A DNA stretch of 39,252 nt from Candidatus Binatia bacterium (lineage in GTDB: Bacteria; Desulfobacterota; Binatia; HRBIN30; CADEER01): NCBI GenBank assembly GCA_028282445.1, contig JANQHZ010000535.1, positions 1 to 39,252 on the forward strand, written 5' to 3'. Shown piece after piece: positions 16,042-23,646 of the stretch. The notes beneath the pieces were generated by a model. It worked only from the letters and a program-made list of their open reading frames with translations. It was not told where the DNA came from and ran no database searches. Position 1 is the stretch's first letter. Each line of letters opens with the position of its first letter. Position numbers and translations under genes: made by a program.

Positions 16042-16068
16042 ATTATGCTAGCCGTGATCGAGAGTCAA
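16042..16068 (-). promoter_or_regulatory. Candidate sigma70-type promoter for the SIR2 cassette
   Basis: On the minus strand: TTGACT (16068-16063), a 15-nt spacer, then CATAAT (16047-16042). Lies about 115 nt upstream of the small-ORF ATG in an AT-richer non-coding stretch. The spacer is shorter than optimal. Confidence 0.3.
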
Positions 16069-16309
16069 CGCTTAACCGCCCACACGGCACAGCCCACGCT
16101 AGCCCAACCTCCCTTCGGTCGGGCGTCCCTTATACGATACTAGAGTCTAAGCACGCCATTCCGAGCTGTCCACCCAGGATAAGCAGCAGTCGCCGACGAA
16201 ACCGCGAGAACTGTCTCCCCCTGCTCCCGCGCCGGCTTCTGGTTCGATCCGAACCGCCGAATTCGTGAGCGGATCAGCGTTTTCTGCATGAGCGTTTTTC
16301 CTTTCCACA

Positions 16310-16857
16310 CTGGCACTTAGCGGTTCTAGCGGTTCGTCCGGCACATACCTGCGGAATGCCTCCTGCAAGTCGCAGCGGTTCTTAACCACGTACGCTGCCG
16401 CTGGCCCCACGCTGTTTCCGCCGGGATCTCGAGATTCCTGAGCAACCTCAATAAACCTGCGGGACCAAGGATCGCCCACGCGAGTAGTCGCGCCAAGGGG
16501 CCTCTTCTAGCGAGCGCAGGTAGTCCCAAGTGGAGCTTGTCGGCCGCCTGTCGGTTTCCATCTGGTCGAGCATACGCCGGACGTCCCCAAGAAATCGCAG
16601 CGCTGTCGCTCGATTCGCGCGACCTCTAGCAGCGTAGCGCCGCCGCGCGCGCCCTTCGGGGCCACGCCGAGCCCAGCAGCATCCGTGATGGCAGAGAAGC
16701 TACTCCAGTTGTCTGCCGCCCGGTCGTGCAACTCATCCGGAATGTCCGGGTCCGAGTCCTTCAGCGCCTCCACGATGTCTTCAGCCCATCGAGCAAGCTG
16801 CCGACCGAGATCGGCGGATGCTCCCACCACGGATCCGCTCCACACGCTTCTGAACAA
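16310..16857 (-). pseudogene. 3' remnant of a second primase/P-loop (DUF3631-like) gene, multiply frameshifted
   Basis: Three reading frames in turn align with the C-terminus of the intact 784-aa primase. DLGRQLARWAEDIVEALKDSDPDIPDELHDRAADNW aligns with DIRRQLTRFALDHIESLKGADPEVPDSLHDREADNW. DYLRSLEEAPWRDYSRGRSLVP aligns with DHLCSLEESPWGEYARGKPLTP. CDLQEAFRRYVPDEPLEPL aligns with SDLDDAFARYLADDPLDPL. Confidence 0.8.
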
Positions 16858-17127
16858 AGACGTCGCCTCATGCTTACCAAAGCGGATCGGTCGGACAGTG
16901 TGCCCGGAAGTTCACCGGTGCAAGCGATGCACTTCGCGCCCCATGTCGTTCAAACCCGAACAACATGGTTCTCCGAACGCGGTTACTCGCACATGGCCGA
17001 AGTTCAGAACCCCAGGCAGCTCGTTCGATTCGTGGTCGAACGTGTCGGCGCGGTCCGGATGGGCGCCCCCCACGCTCCATTCCATTTCGGCGACACCCCT
17101 ACGAACTTGGACGCGTCGAGTGTCACC

Positions 17128-18321
17128 CTAGTCTGTCTCAACATAGACGTCCGATTCAGTCCCCACTAGCGTCACGACTTGCCAGCCAGCCTTCCGAGCA
17201 TGCGCAGCGTCTAAGTTGCGCGGAGTAATCGCCAACGTCTGAAACGACCTCGCAGGATGGGAGAGGTGCTCTGCATAGCGCTCGAAGTGTGCCAACGGCC
17301 AGTGGGCCATCCCCCCATCCATCAACAGCAGCGTAATCGCACGCTCCGACCAGGCTCTGCAGGCAGCAATTGCAAACTCGCAGACGACCTGAGCCCTCTC
17401 GCTATGGGATAGAACCCGGAACGCCAATCCCGGCCGCGTGTTGGCCACGTCGGCGAGCAGAAGGAAACCTTCCTCGTCTCTGGAGAAACGAACATTCTTC
17501 ACAATGCCTGTACCGAACTCGTCAATGTAGTTCGGCAACTCTAGGACCACTCCCTCATGGAGCCCTAGCTGGGAAGATACAAACTCGAGATCATCGTGGT
17601 TGTTGGGAATCGTGTGCTCAGGCGCCACATACAAGGCTTGTAGGCCGATACTGGGCACCGGCGTAGGAACCCCCTGGTCGCGATATCTGATCGCGCCGCT
17701 CTGGAGGAGCTCGACAGAGGCAAACTTCGGTTGTGGATTGAAGTACTCTAGGCGAACCGTGAAGGGCCATGAGTTCCCGTCCCTGTTCCGCCACCTCCAA
17801 AGTCGTCCGGGTTCAGCAAACGCCGCGAGCCATTCACACAGTGCCGACTTGCCACTCGCACTCCCCCCCTTCAGCAGCGTTAGCTTCCCAAAGGATATCG
17901 AACTGCCTGGGCGTAGAACCGGGCCTCGCTCGACAATCAACCGATGAAGCCATCCACCAGGCAGCTCTCTGCCCTGTTGTTCCAACATCGCCCTAGTCTC
18001 TCGGAGCGATTTGTAGCTGCGCAGTACCGATGCTGGATACTCCTTGCCACTGTTCGCATCGACCACACGTGAGTGAACCGCGCACAGCCAAATTGCGTTC
18101 TGCGGGTCAGCCAGATCCGCTGCCGAGAGGCCCCCGGTTCCGCGCGGCCCCCCTGCCGCAGCACTATAGATGTGCGCAGCAACCCCTGTGTGAATCGCCC
18201 CAGACCCGCTAGTGTCGGGACCAACAGTCGGCCGATCACAGTCCGGGAAACTGCATCGATGCGCGGCCCGTTCGGCAACCAGCCTCTTCGTCGCTGCCGT
18301 AAACTCTACCCTCTCACCCAC
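17128..18321 (-). CDS. HNH endonuclease domain fused to an ABC/SMC-type P-loop ATPase domain
   Basis: 397-aa ORF with a GTG start preceded by GGAGGTGG. N-terminal motifs HRCSFPDC...GVAAHIYSAAAGGPRG...QNAIWLCAVHSRVVD (HNH). Walker A LLKGGSASGKS, ABC-signature-like LSHSERAQV, Walker B-like ITLLLMDGG. Confidence 0.8.
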   Translation of the reverse strand: MGERVEFTAATKRLVAERAAHRCSFPDCDRPTVGPDTSGSGAIHTGVAAHIYSAAAGGPRGTGGLSAADLADPQNAIWLCAVHSRVVDANSGKEYPASVLRSYKSLRETRAMLEQQGRELPGGWLHRLIVERGPVLRPGSSISFGKLTLLKGGSASGKSALCEWLAAFAEPGRLWRWRNRDGNSWPFTVRLEYFNPQPKFASVELLQSGAIRYRDQGVPTPVPSIGLQALYVAPEHTIPNNHDDLEFVSSQLGLHEGVVLELPNYIDEFGTGIVKNVRFSRDEEGFLLLADVANTRPGLAFRVLSHSERAQVVCEFAIAACRAWSERAITLLLMDGGMAHWPLAHFERYAEHLSHPARSFQTLAITPRNLDAAHARKAGWQVVTLVGTESDVYVETD

Positions 18322-18506
18322 AGGCCACCTCCAACCACGATTAACGCCGGCCTACCGTAGCGAACTCGGCCGAGGATGATGGCAGTGAAAGATGAATACC
18401 ACCACACAGGTAGGCAAGCCGTCATCGACACTCCGCTCGACTGATACGACACAGCTGTCGAGATTGGTCGGAACGGCGGTACCATCTGGCAGGTCGAGGA
18501 CAGCAA

Positions 18507-19856
18507 CTACACCAAGCCGAGTCTCGGCCGCATATGCGGCCGCCTGACTGGCAGGCTGATAGGCGGTTGGTCAATGCACTCAGACAGCGCCTTCGGTACG
18601 CCCTTCCGCACCTTGAGTTCTAGTGGGATATTGTCGAAGAGCAGGTCCACCTCCCCGCCAAACCTATCGGGCTTCTTGGAAACACGGCGCGGGAACACGT
18701 CGGTGAGGCGCTCGTACAGGAACGGCAGAAAGAACTGGTCCTCTATCTGACTATAAGCGCGATCGGCGTTCGCCTTGAGCCAGCGAGACGCGGGCTTACC
18801 CAGGAACGCCGGCTCTTCGAGCGTGAAGGTAACCTTGCGGATCAACCAAGCCGCGAGTTCCGCGAAAGAAGCTTCAAGATTTGGGCGGCCAAGAAACACA
18901 TAGCGTTTCTGGAGATCAGCGTGGACCCTATCGTAGATCGAAAGTTGAATCTCACTCAGCTGTTGGCGGACTTCCGCGGAAAGACCTCGGGATGCAGTGT
19001 CGTAAATGTTGTGATGACAGGGGCGTCGAATCAAGTATCGAGTCTCTAGGTCGAAAGGCGATACAGGCGAACTCGATAACCAGAGTTCTTGAATATCGAG
19101 AAGACCGCAAAGCTCGAGATACAATGGCAGCAGTACACGCTCCGCCGGACCGCATGATCCCAACGCGGGCATCGCAGCTCCGTCACTGAACACGGAGATC
19201 GAGTGCCGAAAAGGTATCTCGGCACTCGTAAGCGAGAATTCCTGCTCCCCTGTGTGTGCTTGCCGCGCATCAAGAAACGCTTGCAGAAGATCAAGCAGTT
19301 TACGGTAGTCCACCCTTGGGCTCATGTTGCCCCCGGGTAGTCGCTTCTGAATCTTGTTCACAAAGTCGGAGCGTAGGCTGAGCCGCGTTCTCAGGTGCTG
19401 TTGCAGGAAAGAGCGAAGCTTTCGTGGCGAGAACGTTGCAGCAAATCTTCCCGGCACCGGCTCTTCGAAGCGATCGATTGAGGAGGGCAGGCCGACGCTG
19501 TCCCCATCCCTCAAGAATTCAAGCCGAGTTCGAATTACATCGGTGTAGTACTCAAGGGCTTCGCGGCGAGTGGTCTTTGCTTGAGCACCTGCGGGCAGCG
19601 AGGCGCCCAAGGCATCGACGAACTCCTCGGTCATCCGATCGGAGTAGTCAAAATCCACACGCGCAGCGGCCTCGGCCTCGGCCGGTGTTCCAAATTGCGG
19701 GAACACATGCCCCAGATTGAACTCGACGGTGCGCGGCGGCTCGCCTTTCGGGTCCTCCACACGGGCTAGCAGCAGCCGTGCGAAGAACAGCTCATCCAAG
19801 TCTTCGAAGCGAACCAGACGCTGCCTCTCGAAAACACGGTCCTCGGCGCTGGTCAT
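18507..19856 (-). CDS. Hypothetical protein with C-terminal PD-(D/E)xK nuclease-like core; apparently frameshifted near the 3' end (true end probably 18352)
   Basis: 449-aa ORF. GGEVDLLFDNIPLELKVRK fits the D...ExK motif. The expected QxxxY motif (SQAAAYAAETRLGVVAVLDL...) appears only in the -1 frame, which is open from 18570 to the TAG at 18352-18354. Confidence 0.7.
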   Translation of the reverse strand: MTSAEDRVFERQRLVRFEDLDELFFARLLLARVEDPKGEPPRTVEFNLGHVFPQFGTPAEAEAAARVDFDYSDRMTEEFVDALGASLPAGAQAKTTRREALEYYTDVIRTRLEFLRDGDSVGLPSSIDRFEEPVPGRFAATFSPRKLRSFLQQHLRTRLSLRSDFVNKIQKRLPGGNMSPRVDYRKLLDLLQAFLDARQAHTGEQEFSLTSAEIPFRHSISVFSDGAAMPALGSCGPAERVLLPLYLELCGLLDIQELWLSSSPVSPFDLETRYLIRRPCHHNIYDTASRGLSAEVRQQLSEIQLSIYDRVHADLQKRYVFLGRPNLEASFAELAAWLIRKVTFTLEEPAFLGKPASRWLKANADRAYSQIEDQFFLPFLYERLTDVFPRRVSKKPDRFGGEVDLLFDNIPLELKVRKGVPKALSECIDQPPISLPVRRPHMRPRLGLV

Positions 19857-20197
19857 CGCAGCCGATGGAAACAGGAAACGTGCATATCCTCAATACGAGA
19901 TCCGGCAATGGAACCTCTCGTACGTGACGAGCGACACCTGTGGTCAGAGTCCTTACGACCGCTACAGCGGGGCCGGCACCGAGGAGGATCGGTAAGGCCT
20001 CCAAGTCCCCAAAAAGCCGCGGACCGGCGACCGAGATCACTTGGAGGGGGACCGAAGAGGCCCAATAGTCCCATCGAAGTTGGATGGAAGGGGCTTCGAT
20101 GGGGCTCCTGGGGGCCGTAGCAAACGGGCGGGGACCAGGAGTGGAGAGTTGTTTGGGTAACGGGCGCCGCGGAGCGGGACAATCTCGATTGCAGCGA

Positions 20198-20596
20198 TCA
20201 CGCCCGGCTCAGAAGGAAACCACAACGCCGGCACCAGTACACGTCTCGACGCATCAAGAGCAGCCAAGAGATCAAACTCGCTACGAGCGCGACGATAACG
20301 GCACCGACGAAACCGGCCGCGACAGACAACCAATGGCCGATTCCAAACTCGGGTCGAGGGTCGAGGATAAGTACCGCCACCGTCAGTACCGCACCGATTA
20401 CCGCGAGAGCGGATGGTATCAGTAGGATTGCTCCGATAGTTCGGATAACCGAGTTGAAGACCGGAATATCGGTGGCGATCATCGACGACCCCGCTCGGCA
20501 AGCTTGGCAATCCAAGCGACCGTTCCACCTCTTCTTCGGTGTGACAACTTGATCGACCAGCTCGACTGGCGCCCCGGCCTTCTGGTTCGCCGTCAT
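20198..20596 (-). CDS. Small membrane protein with two TM helices flanked by CxxC pairs (split zinc ribbon, LITAF-like arrangement)
   Basis: 132-aa ORF. CQAC, then two hydrophobic helices (IRTIGAILLIPSALAVIGAVLTVAVLIL and WLSVAAGFVGAVIVALVASLISWLLL), then WCRRCG. Confidence 0.65.
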   Translation of the reverse strand: MTANQKAGAPVELVDQVVTPKKRWNGRLDCQACRAGSSMIATDIPVFNSVIRTIGAILLIPSALAVIGAVLTVAVLILDPRPEFGIGHWLSVAAGFVGAVIVALVASLISWLLLMRRDVYWCRRCGFLLSRA

Positions 20597-20629
20597 CGTT
20601 GGCCACGGCGGGAGACAATCCCCGACACG

Positions 20630-20842
20630 CTAGGTCGACGGGAATAGATCCCGGATCGGTACACGGAACGCGCGCGCCAGATCAGAGATCGCCTGCAGCG
20701 TTGGATTTCGCTCGCCGCGCTCGATACCGCCGATGTAGGTCCAGTGTTTGCCCGATCGCTCGGCGAGTTGCTCTTGCGTCCAGCCACGTGACTTCCTCAG
20801 TCGTCTGACCGTTTCTCCGAAGCGCTGCTGGACCGTAGGCAC
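20630..20842 (-). CDS. XRE-family helix-turn-helix transcriptional regulator
   Basis: 70-aa ORF with a GTG start. FGETVRRLRKSRGWTQEQLAERSGKHWTYIGGIERGERNPTLQAISDLARAF is a canonical HTH_XRE sequence. Confidence 0.85.
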   Translation of the reverse strand: MPTVQQRFGETVRRLRKSRGWTQEQLAERSGKHWTYIGGIERGERNPTLQAISDLARAFRVPIRDLFPST

Positions 20843-21013
20843 GGCCGAAGCACACTTCGATGATGCCTATTCGTCTAGAGACTATAAGTATTATCGGCTT
20901 CCACTCCAGTCAATTCCCAGGGGAAACGCGCGAAGAACCGCTATTGCTGCTAGAGGGTGGATATCGTGTCGGTTTCGCGGCGCGCGTAGCGCTAGCGTCC
21001 GCCCTTCGTAGCG

Positions 21014-23368
21014 CTACTCGGTCGAATCATCTGCGCTCTGCCGCGGGGACGATAGCGGACCTAGCGGATCTAGCGGATCGTCGGCGAGGTATCGCGCAAA
21101 GGCATCGTCGAGGTCACTACGATCATACCCCCGCAGGTTCTGGCCGACGCCACCGAGTTGTTTCGATCGGGCACCGAATCGCTTCAGCAACTTCGCCAGC
21201 CCCCGGGGCGTTAGTGGCTTGCCGCGCGCGTATTCACCCCACGGCGACTCTTCGAGCGAGCACAGATGGTCGAGAATCTCTTGTGTCGCGGCGCGATCGG
21301 TACCACGGAGGTCAAACATATCCTTGAGATCTCGGAGGAGCTGGATACCAGACCCGTCGTTGGAATCCGCTGCGGTCTTCCGTACGAGTGCAGCCCTTCG
21401 AGCGCGGTTGGCCCATTCGCCTCCGGCTTCATCCGCGATGGCAAACATCGGCCGCCAGTTGTCAGCCTCGCGGTCATGAAGCGAGTCGGGCACCTCGGGA
21501 TCGGCGCCCTTGAGAGACTCGATGTGGTCGAGCGCAAATCGCGTCAATTGACGCCGGATGTCGCTGAGCTCGGCACGAATACTATCCAAGCGGAGACGTT
21601 TGCCCCTCTCCGACGTAAGGCGGCGGCGCAACTCGATTCCGACCGATCGATCAGCCAGCGTGTCCGGGAGAGTTCCGATACAAGCGACACACTTGGCCCC
21701 AAAGGTATAGAAACAATGAAGATCGTGATTCTCCCCTTGCACCCTGATCGCATAAGCATTGGCGCGGACATGGCCGGAATTGAGAATCCCCCGCAGGTCG
21801 TTCGAATCGTGGATAAACGTGTCGACCTCGTCGACGATCAATGTCGGGTTGAAGCGATCCACCGCTCGATACACCGCTGCTGGAGATAGATTTGAGGCCG
21901 ATAGCGGCCGAGCAACGACCGCCCCGATCAGCGTCAAGAGCGTGGTCTTCCCGCACCTCTTCTCCGGGGACGTGATCGCTAGCATCGGCGACACCTCCGC
22001 CGCGTCCACAACGTATGTGAAGACGGTCCACAGGCTAAGCGTTTCGGCGCCGCCTTCGGGAAGGACCACATAGGTCGAGAACACGCGAGCAAGAGAGTCC
22101 AGCAGCTCCGATCCGTCGACCGGCTCGGGCCACGGTTCGGGGAGATCTTCAACGATGCTCGGCGATTCCGGTTCGCCTGCCGGCTCTGACATGGCGGCAT
22201 CGATCAGCTTCGCTGGTGCTTGGACCCCAAGTCCCTTCAGCAGCTTCGCGACGTGATCCCTCAGAACTGCCCGCTTGACGGAGTCCTTCCCCTTCGAGAT
22301 CTCGCCCAGGTGCCTGAGGAACCTCTCGATGGCCGCAGGGTCGGCGTCGCCTTTCGACTCCGGCAGCCCCGCCTGGCGAAGCAACGCATCCAGATCCTCG
22401 GTACTCTCCCACGACGCACCTTCGAAACCAGAATCTACCGACCCAAGATCAGCCGCCACGTAGGGAGTTGCGGAGACCAGTAGATCCCGGAGATCGGCCT
22501 CGCGTACCCCGGTAGGAAGCGGGTCGGCCAGGTCCCACTTCGTCGGGAATCGAGACAGTTCCCGAACAATCCTCGCTGCGGTCGCTCCCGCCTTCTGAGC
22601 CAGGGCTGCAACACTCTCCGCGTATGCCACGCCGTCCTCATCGGCATCGGGCCAGATGACGACATCCCGACCCTCGAGCGAACTCCAGTCCGCCTTGCTC
22701 GCTGCCCGGGCTCCACCGGGAGAGGTCACGACACAGAGATCCGGAAACAGGTTCCGCGCGGCATCGGCGGCCTTCTCTCCCTCGACCACCAGCACGTCGC
22801 GCAAGTGCCCTGCAGCCAGATGGTCTTGGCCGTACAGCGGCTTGGGAAACGGCCAGGATCTCCACCGCCAAGAATAGGACCCCTTCCTCGACCAAAGCGT
22901 AAGGGGCCGAATCGCTTTCTCTCCGTTGGACAGGTCGAAACGGTACACGTATCCGAGCACCCGCCCGCCTGAATCCCGGTACTCGTGAACCTCCGCTGGC
23001 CTACCGAGCTCGGGGTGGGTTTCCGGCCGCGGTGGACCATCGTTCGGAACAGTAAAGATCGGCTTCCACACGGTCTTGGGCGATGCGAGACGCTTCGAAG
23101 TCTGCGGGCGCCCATTCCCCCGCGCGAACGAAGCGAGGCCCAGGACTTCCAAGAGCTCGGTCGGCCCCCCGCGCTTTCCGCAACCATGACAGAGCCAAAC
23201 CCCGCGGCCGCTGTTGCAGCTGAAAGAAGGATTCTCGTCTGCGTGATCCGGGAACGGGCACCTGAGGCTCCATTGGTCACCCGACCTCCGCCCCCCCAAA
23301 GATCTGAGCGCTTCTTCGATCCGCCGCGTAAGCTCGGCGGACAACTCTCCTTCACTAGGTCTTCCCAT
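21014..23368 (-). CDS. Primase / replication protein: CHC2 zinc finger, Toprim, P-loop NTPase (DUF3631-like C-terminus)
   Basis: The ORF track extends to 23650, but that extension overlaps the AlpA gene. I use the ATG at 23366-23368 (MGRPSEGE...). Motifs: CPFPDHADENPSFSC...WLCHGCGKRG (CHC2); VLVVEGEKAADA...VIWPDADEDG (Toprim); SPEKRCGKTT and TLIVDEVD (Walker A and B). Confidence 0.85.
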   Translation of the reverse strand: MGRPSEGELSAELTRRIEEALRSLGGRRSGDQWSLRCPFPDHADENPSFSCNSGRGVWLCHGCGKRGGPTELLEVLGLASFARGNGRPQTSKRLASPKTVWKPIFTVPNDGPPRPETHPELGRPAEVHEYRDSGGRVLGYVYRFDLSNGEKAIRPLTLWSRKGSYSWRWRSWPFPKPLYGQDHLAAGHLRDVLVVEGEKAADAARNLFPDLCVVTSPGGARAASKADWSSLEGRDVVIWPDADEDGVAYAESVAALAQKAGATAARIVRELSRFPTKWDLADPLPTGVREADLRDLLVSATPYVAADLGSVDSGFEGASWESTEDLDALLRQAGLPESKGDADPAAIERFLRHLGEISKGKDSVKRAVLRDHVAKLLKGLGVQAPAKLIDAAMSEPAGEPESPSIVEDLPEPWPEPVDGSELLDSLARVFSTYVVLPEGGAETLSLWTVFTYVVDAAEVSPMLAITSPEKRCGKTTLLTLIGAVVARPLSASNLSPAAVYRAVDRFNPTLIVDEVDTFIHDSNDLRGILNSGHVRANAYAIRVQGENHDLHCFYTFGAKCVACIGTLPDTLADRSVGIELRRRLTSERGKRLRLDSIRAELSDIRRQLTRFALDHIESLKGADPEVPDSLHDREADNWRPMFAIADEAGGEWANRARRAALVRKTAADSNDGSGIQLLRDLKDMFDLRGTDRAATQEILDHLCSLEESPWGEYARGKPLTPRGLAKLLKRFGARSKQLGGVGQNLRGYDRSDLDDAFARYLADDPLDPLGPLSSPRQSADDSTE

Positions 23369-23379
23369 CGCCCGGCCAC

Positions 23380-23580
23380 CTACTCCCCAGCGAAGGGTTC
23401 CGACGTGCTCTTCCGAACCGATTCGGTGAAGAAATCGTCGAGGTCTTCGATGCGATAGCGAACGGCAGACCCGAGCTTCGCAAACAGCGGCCCTCCGCCT
23501 TGCCATCGCCATTTCTGCAGGGTCCGGACCGATAGGCCGAGATACTCGGCCGCCTCTCGCTCCGACAGTATGTCCTTCAT
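23380..23580 (-). CDS. AlpA/excisionase-family helix-turn-helix DNA-binding protein
   Basis: 66-aa ORF. LSEREAAEYLGLSVRTLQKWRWQGGGPLFAKLGSAVRYRIEDLDDF is the typical excisionase/AlpA MerR-like HTH. Its stop lies 11 nt before the primase start. Confidence 0.8.
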   Translation of the reverse strand: MKDILSEREAAEYLGLSVRTLQKWRWQGGGPLFAKLGSAVRYRIEDLDDFFTESVRKSTSEPFAGE

Positions 23581-23646
23581 GTACGCCTCCTTCTGGCGTG
23601 CCCGAGATGTGGTAGGAGCACGCTGACGACGGAGGTCGTAGCGGAG

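Noticed and set aside
16858-17127. Possible internal att site or tRNA fragment separating the two putative elements
   Set aside because: I scanned for similarity to the 58-bp repeat and for T-arm-like sequences. Only weak TTCAAACCC- and TTCGATTCG-like strings are present, with no convincing match.
18306-18506. In-frame ORF immediately after the TAG of the 449-aa gene (possible amber read-through)
   Set aside because: The -1 frame gives a far more protein-like continuation with a QxxxY nuclease motif, and it ends cleanly before the downstream ribosome-binding site. The read-through peptide is unconvincing and would overlap the next gene's start.
20037-20618. 193-aa minus-strand ORF overlapping the 132-aa membrane-protein ORF
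   Set aside because: It is an alternative frame with no motifs. The 132-aa frame gives two clean TM helices and paired CxxC motifs, and is spaced sensibly after the XRE gene.
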